From Duncaniella sp. (lineage in GTDB: Bacteria > Bacteroidota > Bacteroidia > Bacteroidales > Muribaculaceae), in NCBI GenBank assembly GCA_029052375.1, contig JAIDJD010000257.1, positions 1 to 41,314 of the forward strand: a DNA stretch of 41,314 nt, in the 5' to 3' direction. Shown piece by piece: positions 26,150-35,774 of this stretch. The translations under genes were made by a program, and so were the position numbers. The first letter of the stretch is position 1. Every line of letters starts with the position of its first letter. Below the pieces are notes generated by a model. That model saw only the letters and a list, made by a program, of their open reading frames with translations, made no database searches and was not told where the DNA came from.

Positions 26150-27097
26150 TCAGAGGCTGCCGAGGCAGTCGAGTACGTTCTTGGCTATGCGGTCCTGAAG
26201 ATTGGTCTCGGGAGCCTTCTCGAACTTGAGGCCGGTGATGTGCTCGTAGAGCTCGATGTAGCGCTCGGACACCTCGTCGCAGAACTGATCTGTCATCTCG
26301 GGCACCTGCTGTCCCTCCTTGCCCATGAAGCCGTGGGCCATGAGCCACTCGCGCACGAACTCCTTGGAGAGCTGGCGCTGGGGCTCGCCGTTGCGGAGGC
26401 GCTCCTCATAGCCGTCGGCGTAGAAGTAGCGCGACGAGTCGGGGGTGTGGATCTCGTCGATGAGTATCACCTTGCCGTCATAGAGGCCAAACTCATACTT
26501 GGTGTCCACGAGGATGAGGCCCTTCTCGGCGGCCATCTCCGAGCCCTTCTTGAAGAGGGCGCGGGTGTATGCGGCCATCGTGTCGAACTGCTCTTCGGTG
26601 ACGATGCCCTGGGCTATTGCGTCCTCGCGCGATATATCCTCGTCGTGGCCGGCGTCGGCCTTGGTGGTGGGGGTGATGATGGGTTCGGGGAAGCGCTGGT
26701 TCTCTACCATGCCCTCGGGGAGCCTGACGCCGCAGATCTCGCGGACGCCGTTCTTGTAGGCGCGCCATGCGCTGCCGGCCAGGTAGCCGCGGATTATCAT
26801 CTCGAGGCGCAGGCCCTCGCACTTGCGGCCGACGGTCACCATGGGGTCGGGCACGGCTATCTTCCAGTTGGGCACGAGGTCGGCGGTGGCGTCGAGCATC
26901 GAGGCGGCTATCTGGTTGAGCGCCTGTCCCTTGTAGGGTATGCCCTTGGGGAGGATGACGTCAAAGGCCGAGATGCGGTCTGTGGCCACCATCACGAGCA
27001 GGTCGTCTCCGATGGTATAGACGTCGCGCACCTTGCCGTGGTAGACTGCGGTCTGGTTGGGAAAGTTGAAATCGGTATTGGTCAGTGTTGTTGACAT
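26150..27097 (-). CDS. purC: Phosphoribosylaminoimidazolesuccinocarboxamide synthase
   Basis: [55 protein letters not shown]. Confidence 0.97.
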   Translation of the reverse strand: MSTTLTNTDFNFPNQTAVYHGKVRDVYTIGDDLLVMVATDRISAFDVILPKGIPYKGQALNQIAASMLDATADLVPNWKIAVPDPMVTVGRKCEGLRLEMIIRGYLAGSAWRAYKNGVREICGVRLPEGMVENQRFPEPIITPTTKADAGHDEDISREDAIAQGIVTEEQFDTMAAYTRALFKKGSEMAAEKGLILVDTKYEFGLYDGKVILIDEIHTPDSSRYFYADGYEERLRNGEPQRQLSKEFVREWLMAHGFMGKEGQQVPEMTDQFCDEVSERYIELYEHITGLKFEKAPETNLQDRIAKNVLDCLGSL

Positions 27098-27160
27098 AAC
27101 GGTATGGAGTTTGATTTCTTGCTTTAGGGGGAGGCCCGTGCGCAAGGCGCGGACCCGGTG

Positions 27161-27229
27161 CAAATTTACGGAATTCTCCCGAAATAGCGAAAAAACTTTT
27201 TGACGTTCTGAGTAAATTTGCTATTTTTG
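27161..27229. promoter_or_regulatory. Divergent purC/dnaX promoters
   Basis: TAAATTTG on minus (27161-68); TTTG (27199-202) + 19 nt + TATTTTTG (27222-29) on plus. Confidence 0.7.
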
Positions 27230-27259
27230 CATTTATAACAATACCTACCCATAGATTTA

Positions 27260-29113
27260 ATGGAGCAATACATAGTATCGGCCAGGAAATACCGACCGTC
27301 GACCTTTGCGAGTGTCGTGGGCCAGCGCGCGCTGACCTCGACGCTCAAGAATGCCGTGGCTACGGGACGTCTGGCCCACAGCTACCTCTTCTGCGGAGGG
27401 CGCGGCGTAGGCAAGACGTCATGTGCCCGCATCTTCGCCAAGACCATCAACTGCGAAAACCAGACCCCGGAGGGAGAGGCGTGCAACGAGTGTGCCTCGT
27501 GCCGCCAGTTCAACGAGGGCCGCTCGATGAATATCATAGAGCTCGACGCCGCCAGCAACAACAGCGTGGACGATATCCGCGCCCTTGTCGAGCAGGTGCA
27601 GACTCCTCCCTCTGCCGGACGCTACCGCGTCTTCATAGTCGACGAGGTGCATATGCTCTCGTCGGCGGCTTTCAACGCATTCCTCAAGACACTCGAGGAG
27701 CCGCCCTCCTACGTGGTCTTCATTCTCGCCACCACGGAGAAGCACAAGATAATCCCCACCATCCTCTCGCGATGCCAGATATATGACTTCAGCCGCATAA
27801 CGGTGTCCGACATGGTGGACCATCTGGCTTACGTGGCCTCGAGCGAGGGTATAACAGCCGACCGCGCGGCCCTCGGCGTCATAGCCCGCAAGGCCGACGG
27901 CGCCATGCGCGACGCTCTCTCGATATTCGACCAGGTGGCGGCCTCCTCGCGCGGCAACATCACCTACCAGTCGGCCATCGACAACCTCAACATACTCGAC
28001 GCGGAGTATTACGGGCGTCTGCTCGACTGCTTTCTCGGCGGCAGGGTGCTCGAGTCGTGGCTCATCTATAAGGAAATCCGAGACCGGGGCTTCGACTCGC
28101 ACTTCCTGCTGACGGGGCTTGCCGACTATCTGCGCGACCTCATGGTGTCTCTCTCGCCCGCCACGGCGGTGCTGCTCGAGGCCGACGACGAGGTGCGCGA
28201 TGCCATGATGAAGACCGCCTCGAAGTGTCATCCCGAGTTTCTCTACAAGGCTCTCAATCTGCTCAACGACGCGGACATCAACTGGCGCGCGGCTTCGAAC
28301 AAACAGTTTCTGCTCGAGCTGACGCTGGCCAAGATATGCCAATTGTCCGGCCCCTCTCCAAGTGAAGGCGACGCGGGAGAGGGGCGGCTGAAGCCTATAC
28401 CGAGGACAGAGTCCGAGGAGGTTTCGAGCGCCGCCGGTGGCGAGGCAAGAGCGGCGGCCCAGGCCGTCAGCCCTGCCGTCTCCACACCAGCATCTGTGAG
28501 TCCGCAGCCGCAGGCGCCCCCGCGTCCCGTGGCGCAGGCCTATGCGGAGCCGTCCCCGCAGACCGCTCCGCAGATAGCGTCCGACGTGCCCCCGCCTCCG
28601 GTGACGCGCCCCGTCGGAGCCTCTGCCGGACGCATCATCAGCAACGGCCCCTCGGGGCTGACGCGAGGCACTATCTCTATCAACCGCCACAACTCCGTCC
28701 AGCAGGCGCAGGCGCAGACCCAGCAGGCCGCTCAGCCCGCGGCCGAGCGCAGGAACAGCTTCTCCATCGAGCAGCTGCAGGCCGCGTGGCAGGGATTCAT
28801 GAATGCCAATCCCACGCGCCACATCCTGGTCAACACGATGAGGGCATCCTTTCCTGTCCTTGTCGAGGGGACTCGCTACAAGGTGATGATCGAGAATGAG
28901 AAGCAGCGCGAAGAGCTGGCCGAGGCCATGCCCGAGCTGCTGAGATTTGTGCGCGATGCGCTCTCAAACGATTTCTTCACTGTGGAGACAGAGCTCAACC
29001 GGGGCGAGGCATCGCCCCACACCTGGAACGAACGCCAGGTGCTCGAGCATATGGCCGAGGCCAATCCTGCATTCAGCGACTTCATTCAGCAGTTCGGTCT
29101 CTCGCTGATGTGA
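27260..29113 (+). CDS. dnaX: DNA polymerase III subunit gamma/tau
   Basis: ARKYRP, GGRGVGKT, Cys cluster, ELDAASNN, DEVHMLS, KTLEEPP, SRCQ; Pro/Ala/Gln-rich linker. Confidence 0.97.
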   Translation: MEQYIVSARKYRPSTFASVVGQRALTSTLKNAVATGRLAHSYLFCGGRGVGKTSCARIFAKTINCENQTPEGEACNECASCRQFNEGRSMNIIELDAASNNSVDDIRALVEQVQTPPSAGRYRVFIVDEVHMLSSAAFNAFLKTLEEPPSYVVFILATTEKHKIIPTILSRCQIYDFSRITVSDMVDHLAYVASSEGITADRAALGVIARKADGAMRDALSIFDQVAASSRGNITYQSAIDNLNILDAEYYGRLLDCFLGGRVLESWLIYKEIRDRGFDSHFLLTGLADYLRDLMVSLSPATAVLLEADDEVRDAMMKTASKCHPEFLYKALNLLNDADINWRAASNKQFLLELTLAKICQLSGPSPSEGDAGEGRLKPIPRTESEEVSSAAGGEARAAAQAVSPAVSTPASVSPQPQAPPRPVAQAYAEPSPQTAPQIASDVPPPPVTRPVGASAGRIISNGPSGLTRGTISINRHNSVQQAQAQTQQAAQPAAERRNSFSIEQLQAAWQGFMNANPTRHILVNTMRASFPVLVEGTRYKVMIENEKQREELAEAMPELLRFVRDALSNDFFTVETELNRGEASPHTWNERQVLEHMAEANPAFSDFIQQFGLSLM

Positions 29114-29133
29114 CACCGGGCCGCCCCCGCGGC

Positions 29134-30966
29134 TCACGTCGGGAGGCTCTGGTCCTCTCCTTCGGGATGGAGAGCAGAATATATTATCGAGGCCTTTGCA
29201 GGCCCTACGACCTCGGCTATTGAGTCGAGGTCGCTTTCTTTTATCCTCTTGAGGCTTTTGAAGTGTGACAGCAGGGCTGTGCGTGTCTTCTCGCCGATGC
29301 CCTTTATGGAGTCGAGGGCAGAGACGGTCTGTCCCTTGGAGCGGCGGTTGCGGTGGTGTGTGATGCCGAAGCGGTGTGCCTCGTCGCGCAGGTGCTGCAC
29401 CACCCGCAGGGTCTCTGAATTCTTGTCTATATAGAGCGGGATTGAGTCGCCGGGGAAGTATATCTCCTCAAGTCTCTTGGCGATGCCCACGACGGCTATT
29501 GTCCCCCTGAGGCCCATCTCGTCGAGCGCCTCGACGGCGGCCGAGAGCTGTCCCTTGCCGCCGTCGACCACCACGAGCTGGGGCAGTTCCTGCCCTTCGT
29601 TCATGAGGCGTGTGTAGCGGCGTGTCAGCACCTCCTTCATCGAGGCGAAGTCGTCCGGGCCGACGACTGTCTTGATGTTGAAGTGGCGGTAGTCCTTCTT
29701 GGATGGCCTGGCGTTGCGGAACACCACGCACGACGCGACGGGGTTTGTCCCCTGTATGTTCGAGTTGTCGAAACACTCGATGTGTGTCGGGAGTTCTGAG
29801 AGTTGGAAGTCGCTCCTGATGCGCTCCAGTATTCGGTTGGTGTTCGCCTCGGGGTCGCGCTTCTCGAGGGTCTTGATTTTGTCTATGCGGTGCTGCCGGG
29901 CGTTGCGCTCCGACACCTCGAGCAGCTTGGCCTTGTCGCCGCGCCTGGGGATGGTGAAGGTGGCGCCCTCGGGCAGCACGTCCGGCTCCTGGGCCACTAC
30001 CACCTCCCTGTATTCGACGCCGAAGCGCTCGGCTATCTCGCGCATGGCGTATGAGAGCACCTCGGCTGGGCCCTCTTCCATCTGGCGCCGGTATTCGAGC
30101 GTGAAGCTCTTGACGACGGCGCCGTTGCGGACGTGCATATAGTTGACGTAGACGTCGGCGTCTTCGCTGTATATCCCGAAGACGTCGACATCCTCTATGG
30201 TCTGCGATACGATGACGCTCTTGGCCCGGTAGCGGCTGATGAGGTCATATTGTATCTTGAGTTCCTGAGCCTCCTCGAAGCGCATATCTTCGGCCAGGCG
30301 CCCCATCTCTGTGCGCAGGTGCGAGAGAAGCTCGGAGGTGTCGCCGCGCAGTATTGCGCGGATGCGGTCTATGTCGCGGTTGTATTCCTCGGCCGGGACA
30401 AGTCCGCGGCACGGGCCCTTGCATCGCTTGAGGTGATAGTCGAGACAGAGCCTGGCGTTGCCGCGCGCGATGGTCTGCGGGGTTATCGGTGTGCGGCACG
30501 AGCGTATCGGGTAGAGCCGGCGTATCAGTTCGAGTGTGGCCTTGGCGGCTCCGGTGTCGGAGTACGGGCCGTAGTATCTCGAGCCGTCCTTGATGCGCTC
30601 GCGCGTCATGAACACGCGCGGATACATCTCGTTGGTGACCACTATCCAGGGATACGACTTGTCGTCCTTGAGTAGGACGTTGTAGCGGGGCTGGTGTTCC
30701 TTGATCATGGACGCCTCGAGGTTGAGCGCGTCCTGTTCGGTGGGCACCACTATGTAGGACATATCGGCTATGGCGCGCACCAGAAGGTTGGTGCGCAGCA
30801 CGTCGTGTGTGCGGTTGAAGTAAGAGCTGACACGGCGCTTGAGGTTCTTGGCCTTGCCTACATAAATCACCGTACCCTCGGAGTCGTAGTATGTGTAGAC
30901 TCCGGGGGTAGGCGGCAGAATTGATATTTTCTCTTCGAGAGCTTTGGACTTGCGGTGCTTCGGCAT
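29134..30966 (-). CDS. uvrC: Excinuclease ABC subunit C
   Basis: PGVY, IYVGKAKNLKRRVSSYF, ECFDNSN, DDFASM, VDGGKGQL, RDEAHRF, HhH GIGEKT. Confidence 0.98.
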   Translation of the reverse strand: MPKHRKSKALEEKISILPPTPGVYTYYDSEGTVIYVGKAKNLKRRVSSYFNRTHDVLRTNLLVRAIADMSYIVVPTEQDALNLEASMIKEHQPRYNVLLKDDKSYPWIVVTNEMYPRVFMTRERIKDGSRYYGPYSDTGAAKATLELIRRLYPIRSCRTPITPQTIARGNARLCLDYHLKRCKGPCRGLVPAEEYNRDIDRIRAILRGDTSELLSHLRTEMGRLAEDMRFEEAQELKIQYDLISRYRAKSVIVSQTIEDVDVFGIYSEDADVYVNYMHVRNGAVVKSFTLEYRRQMEEGPAEVLSYAMREIAERFGVEYREVVVAQEPDVLPEGATFTIPRRGDKAKLLEVSERNARQHRIDKIKTLEKRDPEANTNRILERIRSDFQLSELPTHIECFDNSNIQGTNPVASCVVFRNARPSKKDYRHFNIKTVVGPDDFASMKEVLTRRYTRLMNEGQELPQLVVVDGGKGQLSAAVEALDEMGLRGTIAVVGIAKRLEEIYFPGDSIPLYIDKNSETLRVVQHLRDEAHRFGITHHRNRRSKGQTVSALDSIKGIGEKTRTALLSHFKSLKRIKESDLDSIAEVVGPAKASIIYSALHPEGEDQSLPT

Positions 30967-31484
30967 CAATAGGTAATGAGCGATGTCACCTCGGCGTCGG
31001 CGGGGAGGTTGGCGCGGCCTCCGAGGGCCGAGATCTCTATGAGGAAGTTGATATAGATTTTCTTGGGGTTCATCTGCTTGACCAGCTCGTATGCGGCGGC
31101 CATGGTGCCTCCGGTGGCGAGGACGTCGTCGTGGAGCACCACGATGTCGTCAGGGCCGATGGCGTCGCGGTGTATCTCGATGGTGTCGGTGCCGTACTCC
31201 TTCTGGTATGTGGCCTTGACGGTGTCTGCGGGGAGCTTGCCGGGCTTGCGTGCGGGCACGAATCCGGCGCCAAGCTCGAAGGCGAGGATGGAGCCTCCGA
31301 TGAATCCGCGGCTCTCGATGCCCACCACCTTGGTGACACCCTTGTCGCGGTAGAGCTGGGAGAGGTCCCATCCGATGATGTGCAGTCCGCGGGGGTCCTT
31401 GAGGAGAGTGGTGATGTCTCGGAAGACAACACCCTTTGTGGGGAAGTCTACGATGTCGCGTATGCGCGCTTTCAGATATTCCAT
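30966..31484 (-). CDS. apt: Adenine phosphoribosyltransferase
   Basis: DFPTKGVVFRDIT, GIESRGF, RKPGKLP, DDVLATGGT; ATG at 31484. Confidence 0.96.
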   Translation of the reverse strand: MEYLKARIRDIVDFPTKGVVFRDITTLLKDPRGLHIIGWDLSQLYRDKGVTKVVGIESRGFIGGSILAFELGAGFVPARKPGKLPADTVKATYQKEYGTDTIEIHRDAIGPDDIVVLHDDVLATGGTMAAAYELVKQMNPKKIYINFLIEISALGGRANLPADAEVTSLITY

Positions 31485-31533
31485 AGATGTATGTAGTATG
31501 AGTGTTTGGTGAAATCTTTTTGATGGCGGACGA

Positions 31534-31549
31534 TGTTCCACGTGGAACA
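31534..31549. promoter_or_regulatory. parS centromere-like site (ParB/Spo0J binding)
   Basis: Perfect palindrome TGTTCCACGTGGAACA, matching the widespread parS consensus TGTTnCACGTGnAACA. Confidence 0.9.
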
Positions 31550-31557
31550 ATGCCGGG

Positions 31558-33441
31558 CTATCTTCCTAACAACAGGAGCAGTATGTTGATGTCTGCGGGC
31601 GAGATGCCGGGGATGCGCGAGGCCTGGCCGACGGTGGCGGGGTCGATGCGCTCGAGCTTCTGGCGCGCCTCGGTCGAGAGGGCCTTGACCGAGGAGTAGT
31701 CTATCTTGCCGCGGAGCTTGAGGCCTTCGAGGCGCTGTAGCTTGGAGGCGTTCTCTTTCTCGCGCTTGATGTAGCCCTCGTACTTGAGGAGTATCTCGGC
31801 GGCCTCGAGTATCTCGGTGCGTCGCCCGGCCTCTATGTGCTCTTCTACAAAACGCGCGAGGGCGGGTATCTGTTCTATCATCACGCCGAGAGTCAGCGCC
31901 GGGCGCAGGAGCAGGGCGTGGAGCTTGACGCCCTGCTTGAGCGGCTGCTCGCCCAGGGGTTCTATCCACGCGTTGGCCTTGGCGGGCGAGATGCTCTCGG
32001 TGTCGAGAAACTCTATCAGCAGGTCGCGCTGGCGGCGCTTGCTGTCCATTGCCTCGAACCTCTCGGCTGTGGCGAGGCCTATGGCGCGGCCGCGCGGAGT
32101 GAGGCGCATATCGGCGTCGTCCTGGCGCAGGAGTATGCGGTATTCGGCCCTTGACGTGAACATCCTGTAAGGCTCGTCGACGCCTTTGGTGACGAGGTCG
32201 TCTATCAGCACGCCGATGTATGCCTCGTCTCTGGCGAGGGTGAACGGCTCCTCGCCCCTGACGGCGAGAGCGGCGTTGATGCCTGCCATGAGTCCCTGTC
32301 CGGCGGCCTCTTCATATCCTGTTGTGCCGTTCACCTGCCCGGCCATGTATAGGCCCGGGAGGAGCTTGGACTCGAGCGTATGGTGGAGCTGGGTGGGGTC
32401 GAAGAAGTCGTATTCTATGGCATATCCGGGGCGGTAGAGCTGGACATTGCGCAGCGCCGGGATGGTCTGCAGGGCCTCGAACTGGATGGCTATCGGGAGC
32501 GAGGATGAGAAGCCGTTGAGATAATATTCCGTGGTGGTCTCGCCCTCAGGCTCGAGGAACAGCTGGTGTTCCTGCTTGTCTGCAAAGGTGACTATCTTGG
32601 TCTCGATGCTGGGACAGTAGCGGGGGCCTATGCTCTGTATCTGTCCGTTGTAGAGGGGCGACTCGGGCAGGCCCCTGCGCAGTATCTCGTGGGTCGCGGG
32701 GTTGGAGTAGACGGTGTGGCACGGGCGCTGGGCCAGCACTCTCCGGACGCCGGGGAGGAAGGAGAATTTATGGTCGTCGTTGTCCCCTTCCTGGAGCGTG
32801 GTGAGGCTGAAATCCACCGAGCGTCCGTCGATGCGTACGGGCGTGCCGGTCTTCATGCGGTCTGTGCGTATGCCCAGGGCGGCGAGCTGTTCCGTCAGTC
32901 CGCGCGACGCAGGCTCGGCCACGCGCCCGCCCTCAATCTTGACGGGCCCGGTATGCATCAGTCCGTTGAGGAATGTACCGGCCGTCAGCACTACCTTGGG
33001 GGCCCTGAACTCGACGCCGAGGGCTGTGACGACGCCTTCGAGGGCTCCGTCCTCGGAGAGCATCAGCCGGCAGACAGAGTCTTGCCACATATAGAGGCCG
33101 GGAGTGTTCTCGAGTATCGAGCGCCACTCGGCCGAGAAGGCCATGCGGTCTGCCTGTGCCCGGGGGCTCCACATTGCCGCCCCTTTGGAGCGGTTGAGCA
33201 TACGGAACTGTATCGAGGCACGGTCTGTCACAATCCCCATCATGCCGCCGAGCGCGTCGATCTCGCGCACTATCTGGCCCTTGGCTATGCCTCCCACGGC
33301 GGGGTTGCAGCTCATCTGGGCTATCTTGTTCATGTCTATAGTTATCAGCAGCGTCGATGCGCCGAGGGTGGCGGCCGCGTGGGCGGCCTCGCATCCGGCG
33401 TGTCCGGCGCCGATGACTATGACGTCGTAGTTGAAGAGCAT
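31558..33441 (-). CDS. mnmG: tRNA uridine-5-carboxymethylaminomethyl(34) synthesis enzyme MnmG (GidA)
   Basis: VIGAGHAGCEAA, MSCNPAVGG, KTGTP, GPRYCPSIE, GQVNGTTGYEEAA, PYRMFTSRAEYR. Confidence 0.98.
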   Translation of the reverse strand: MLFNYDVIVIGAGHAGCEAAHAAATLGASTLLITIDMNKIAQMSCNPAVGGIAKGQIVREIDALGGMMGIVTDRASIQFRMLNRSKGAAMWSPRAQADRMAFSAEWRSILENTPGLYMWQDSVCRLMLSEDGALEGVVTALGVEFRAPKVVLTAGTFLNGLMHTGPVKIEGGRVAEPASRGLTEQLAALGIRTDRMKTGTPVRIDGRSVDFSLTTLQEGDNDDHKFSFLPGVRRVLAQRPCHTVYSNPATHEILRRGLPESPLYNGQIQSIGPRYCPSIETKIVTFADKQEHQLFLEPEGETTTEYYLNGFSSSLPIAIQFEALQTIPALRNVQLYRPGYAIEYDFFDPTQLHHTLESKLLPGLYMAGQVNGTTGYEEAAGQGLMAGINAALAVRGEEPFTLARDEAYIGVLIDDLVTKGVDEPYRMFTSRAEYRILLRQDDADMRLTPRGRAIGLATAERFEAMDSKRRQRDLLIEFLDTESISPAKANAWIEPLGEQPLKQGVKLHALLLRPALTLGVMIEQIPALARFVEEHIEAGRRTEILEAAEILLKYEGYIKREKENASKLQRLEGLKLRGKIDYSSVKALSTEARQKLERIDPATVGQASRIPGISPADINILLLLLGR

Positions 33442-33457
33442 TGTACGGGATTTGTGT

Positions 33458-33895
33458 TCAGTTGTTGTTGCGGAGCCGGTCGAGCAGCTCCAGGGCTTCG
33501 TTTTCGTGAGCCTCCATTATCTCGCGTTCTCCGGGGCCTTTGTCGTTGATGCCGCAGAGATGGAGGATGCCGTGTATTATCACACGGTGGAGCTCGCGTC
33601 CTCTCCCCTCCCCTACCCCATCGGCATTGGAGGCTACAGTGTCGAGCGAGATGTACATATCTCCGCTGATGCGGCGGCCGCGTGTCTCGTCGAAGGTGAT
33701 GATGTCGGTATAGTAGTCGTGTTGCAGAAACCGCCGGTTCACCTCGAGGATTTTCTCGTCGTCACAGAAGATGTAGGTGAGCGGTCCGACTATACGGTTG
33801 TGGCGCGAGGCCACCTCGCCGATCCACGTCCGGATCAGCTGGAAGTCGAGGGCGGGAAGCTCCACGCCGTCGGTGAGCCATTGCAGAGTGTCCAT
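33458..33895 (-). CDS. ybeY: rRNA maturation endoribonuclease YbeY
   Basis: HDYYTDIITF, HRVIIHGILHLCGINDK; -7 element TAACTTTG at 33903-33910. Confidence 0.95.
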   Translation of the reverse strand: MDTLQWLTDGVELPALDFQLIRTWIGEVASRHNRIVGPLTYIFCDDEKILEVNRRFLQHDYYTDIITFDETRGRRISGDMYISLDTVASNADGVGEGRGRELHRVIIHGILHLCGINDKGPGEREIMEAHENEALELLDRLRNNN

Positions 33896-33977
33896 ACTGC
33901 CACAAAGTTACTCAATTTTCCGCTGTCAGGCAATAGTGCGGGGAGTCCAAATTTTTCTGACCCTCCGACGGGAACAA

Positions 33978-34026
33978 TAAAATCAAGCCTAAACAATTGA
34001 TTTATAATTGTTTAGGCTTGATTTTA
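33978..34026. repeat. Perfect 21-bp AT-rich inverted repeat (terminator or recombinase-site remnant)
   Basis: TAAAATCAAGCCTAAACAATT-gatttat-AATTGTTTAGGCTTGATTTTA. Confidence 0.85.
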
Positions 34027-34107
34027 GGCTTTGAGAATAGAATATTTGGAGCCGATGTGGAGGACGGGTCGGAATTTCGGCTTCTCGCGGGCCGAAAAAG
34101 AGGGCCG

Positions 34108-34710
34108 TCACGCCTTCTTGTATAGCACGGGATTTGTGGCGGGGTCGTTGTACATCTTCATCTGACGGTAGACCTTCATATACTTGCGTCCGGCGGCAAT
34201 GTCGTCGAGCAGGGTGTCGATGGCAGTGGTCAGGTCTTCGAGCTGCTCGGCCAGGACGTCATGCTTGGCCTGGCATCGGGCGATGTGTTCGGGGCTGGCG
34301 TCGGTGCGCGCTGTCTCGGCCGCCATATGGTAGAGCTTAAGCGCAAGGATTGAGAGGCGGTCGATGGCCCATGCGGGGCTCTCGGTGTTGATGGTGGCGT
34401 CGGGGAGAATCTTGACGTCGGCATACTTGTCGCGGAAGTATGAGTCTATCTCCTCCACCATATCGGTGCGCACCTGGTTGGAGCGGTCTATGCGTCGCTT
34501 GATGGCGAGCGCTTCGACGGGGTCGATGGCAGGGTCGCGCACGATGTCCTCGAGATGCCACTGCACGGCGTCCACCCAGTTCTTGTCGAAGAGTATGGCC
34601 TCGAATGTTCCGGGGGCATACGGGTTGGGCGAGGGGGTGTCTACATTGTCGGTCTTGTGGTAAGCCTCGGTACACTCCTGGAAAATCTTGAAGAATTCCT
34701 TTGCGGTCAT
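34108..34710 (-). CDS. DUF4254 family protein
   Basis: WVDAVQWHLEDIVR, KRRIDRSNQVRTD, NTESPAWAIDRLSILALK, QMKMYND. Confidence 0.85.
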   Translation of the reverse strand: MTAKEFFKIFQECTEAYHKTDNVDTPSPNPYAPGTFEAILFDKNWVDAVQWHLEDIVRDPAIDPVEALAIKRRIDRSNQVRTDMVEEIDSYFRDKYADVKILPDATINTESPAWAIDRLSILALKLYHMAAETARTDASPEHIARCQAKHDVLAEQLEDLTTAIDTLLDDIAAGRKYMKVYRQMKMYNDPATNPVLYKKA

Positions 34711-34873
34711 ATTCTGGTCTCTTGAGATTGGATTTTGGTTGTGTATATATCTTTATATTAATGTGCGGCGGGGCGCCGGGGCGCCTCCTGTGCCGGGCGT
34801 CTGGCTTTAGCCTTTTGCAAATATCTGAATTTTTTTGCAATACGCAAACTAAAATTGATTAATTTTGCGCTCT

Positions 34874-35653
34874 ATGCAACGTGTACTGTTCCACTCCACC
34901 ATCTTCGGCCCCGTACATTCGCGCCGTCTCGGGACGAGCCTCGGGGTCAACCTCACACCTAACGACGGCAAGGTGTGCAGCTTCGACTGTCTCTATTGCG
35001 AGGCCGGATTCAACGCCCAGGGCCCCGGCACCACGGGCTTCGCGCCGCGCGCCGAGGTGGCCCGCCTGCTCGAAGCCAAGCTCGCTGAGATGCTCTCGGC
35101 GGGCGACCGGCTCGACGTCATCACCTTCTCGGGCAACGGCGAGCCCACGCTCCACCCCGACTTTGCCGGCGTCATAGACGATACGCTCGCCCTGCGAGAC
35201 AAGTATTATCCCGGAGCCAAGGTGAGCGTCCTCAGCAACTCCACCCGCATCGGCCTGCCCGGCGTGGCCGGGGCCTTGCGCAAGGTGGACAACAACATAC
35301 TGAAACTCGACTCGGCCGTCACGGCCACGATGCGTCTCATAGACCGTCCTGTCTCGGCCAATTTTACGTCAGAGAAGGTGATAGAAGAGCTCAAGCAATT
35401 CTCCGGCCAGTGCATCATCCAGACCCTCCTCGTGCGCGGCGAGCACGAAGGCGTGACCATTGACAACACCACCCCTGCCGAGATAGACGCCCTGATACGG
35501 GCCTGCCGCGAGATAGCCCCGCGCCAGGTGATGATATATTCCATAGACCGCAAGACCCCGGCCGAACATCTCGTGAAGGTGCCGCGCGAGGAGCTCGAGA
35601 CCATCGCCTCGCGCATCATAGCCGAGACCGGCCTCGACGTGACAGTGGCTTAG
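34874..35653 (+). CDS. Radical SAM protein
   Basis: IFGPVHSRRLGTSLGVN, CSFDCLYC (CxxxCxxC), TFSGNGEPTLHP; -7 element TAATTTTG at 34860-67. Confidence 0.92.
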   Translation: MQRVLFHSTIFGPVHSRRLGTSLGVNLTPNDGKVCSFDCLYCEAGFNAQGPGTTGFAPRAEVARLLEAKLAEMLSAGDRLDVITFSGNGEPTLHPDFAGVIDDTLALRDKYYPGAKVSVLSNSTRIGLPGVAGALRKVDNNILKLDSAVTATMRLIDRPVSANFTSEKVIEELKQFSGQCIIQTLLVRGEHEGVTIDNTTPAEIDALIRACREIAPRQVMIYSIDRKTPAEHLVKVPREELETIASRIIAETGLDVTVA

Positions 35654-35770
35654 AATTGAGAATCTTAAATTTAGAATTTAGAATGGAGAATTTAGAATTA
35701 AATATTCTCCATTTTCAATTCTCAATTCTCCATTTCCAATTTTCCATTCTCCATTTTCAATTCTCAATTC
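35651..35770. repeat. Two head-to-head heptamer tracts forming an imperfect long inverted repeat
   Basis: (nAGAATT/G)n at 35651-35700, then (ATTCTCC/ATTTTCA/ATTCTCA)n at 35704-35770. Confidence 0.9.
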
Positions 35771-35774
35771 CATA

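Noticed and set aside
28360-28760. Programmed frameshift or insertion in dnaX
   Set aside because: No A-AAA-AAG-type slippery site seen; the Pro/Ala/Gln-rich stretch is the usual low-complexity linker.
33896-34107. oriC or a tRNA gene in the ybeY-DUF4254 spacer
   Set aside because: No DnaA-box cluster and no cloverleaf or T-loop (GTTCRA) found.
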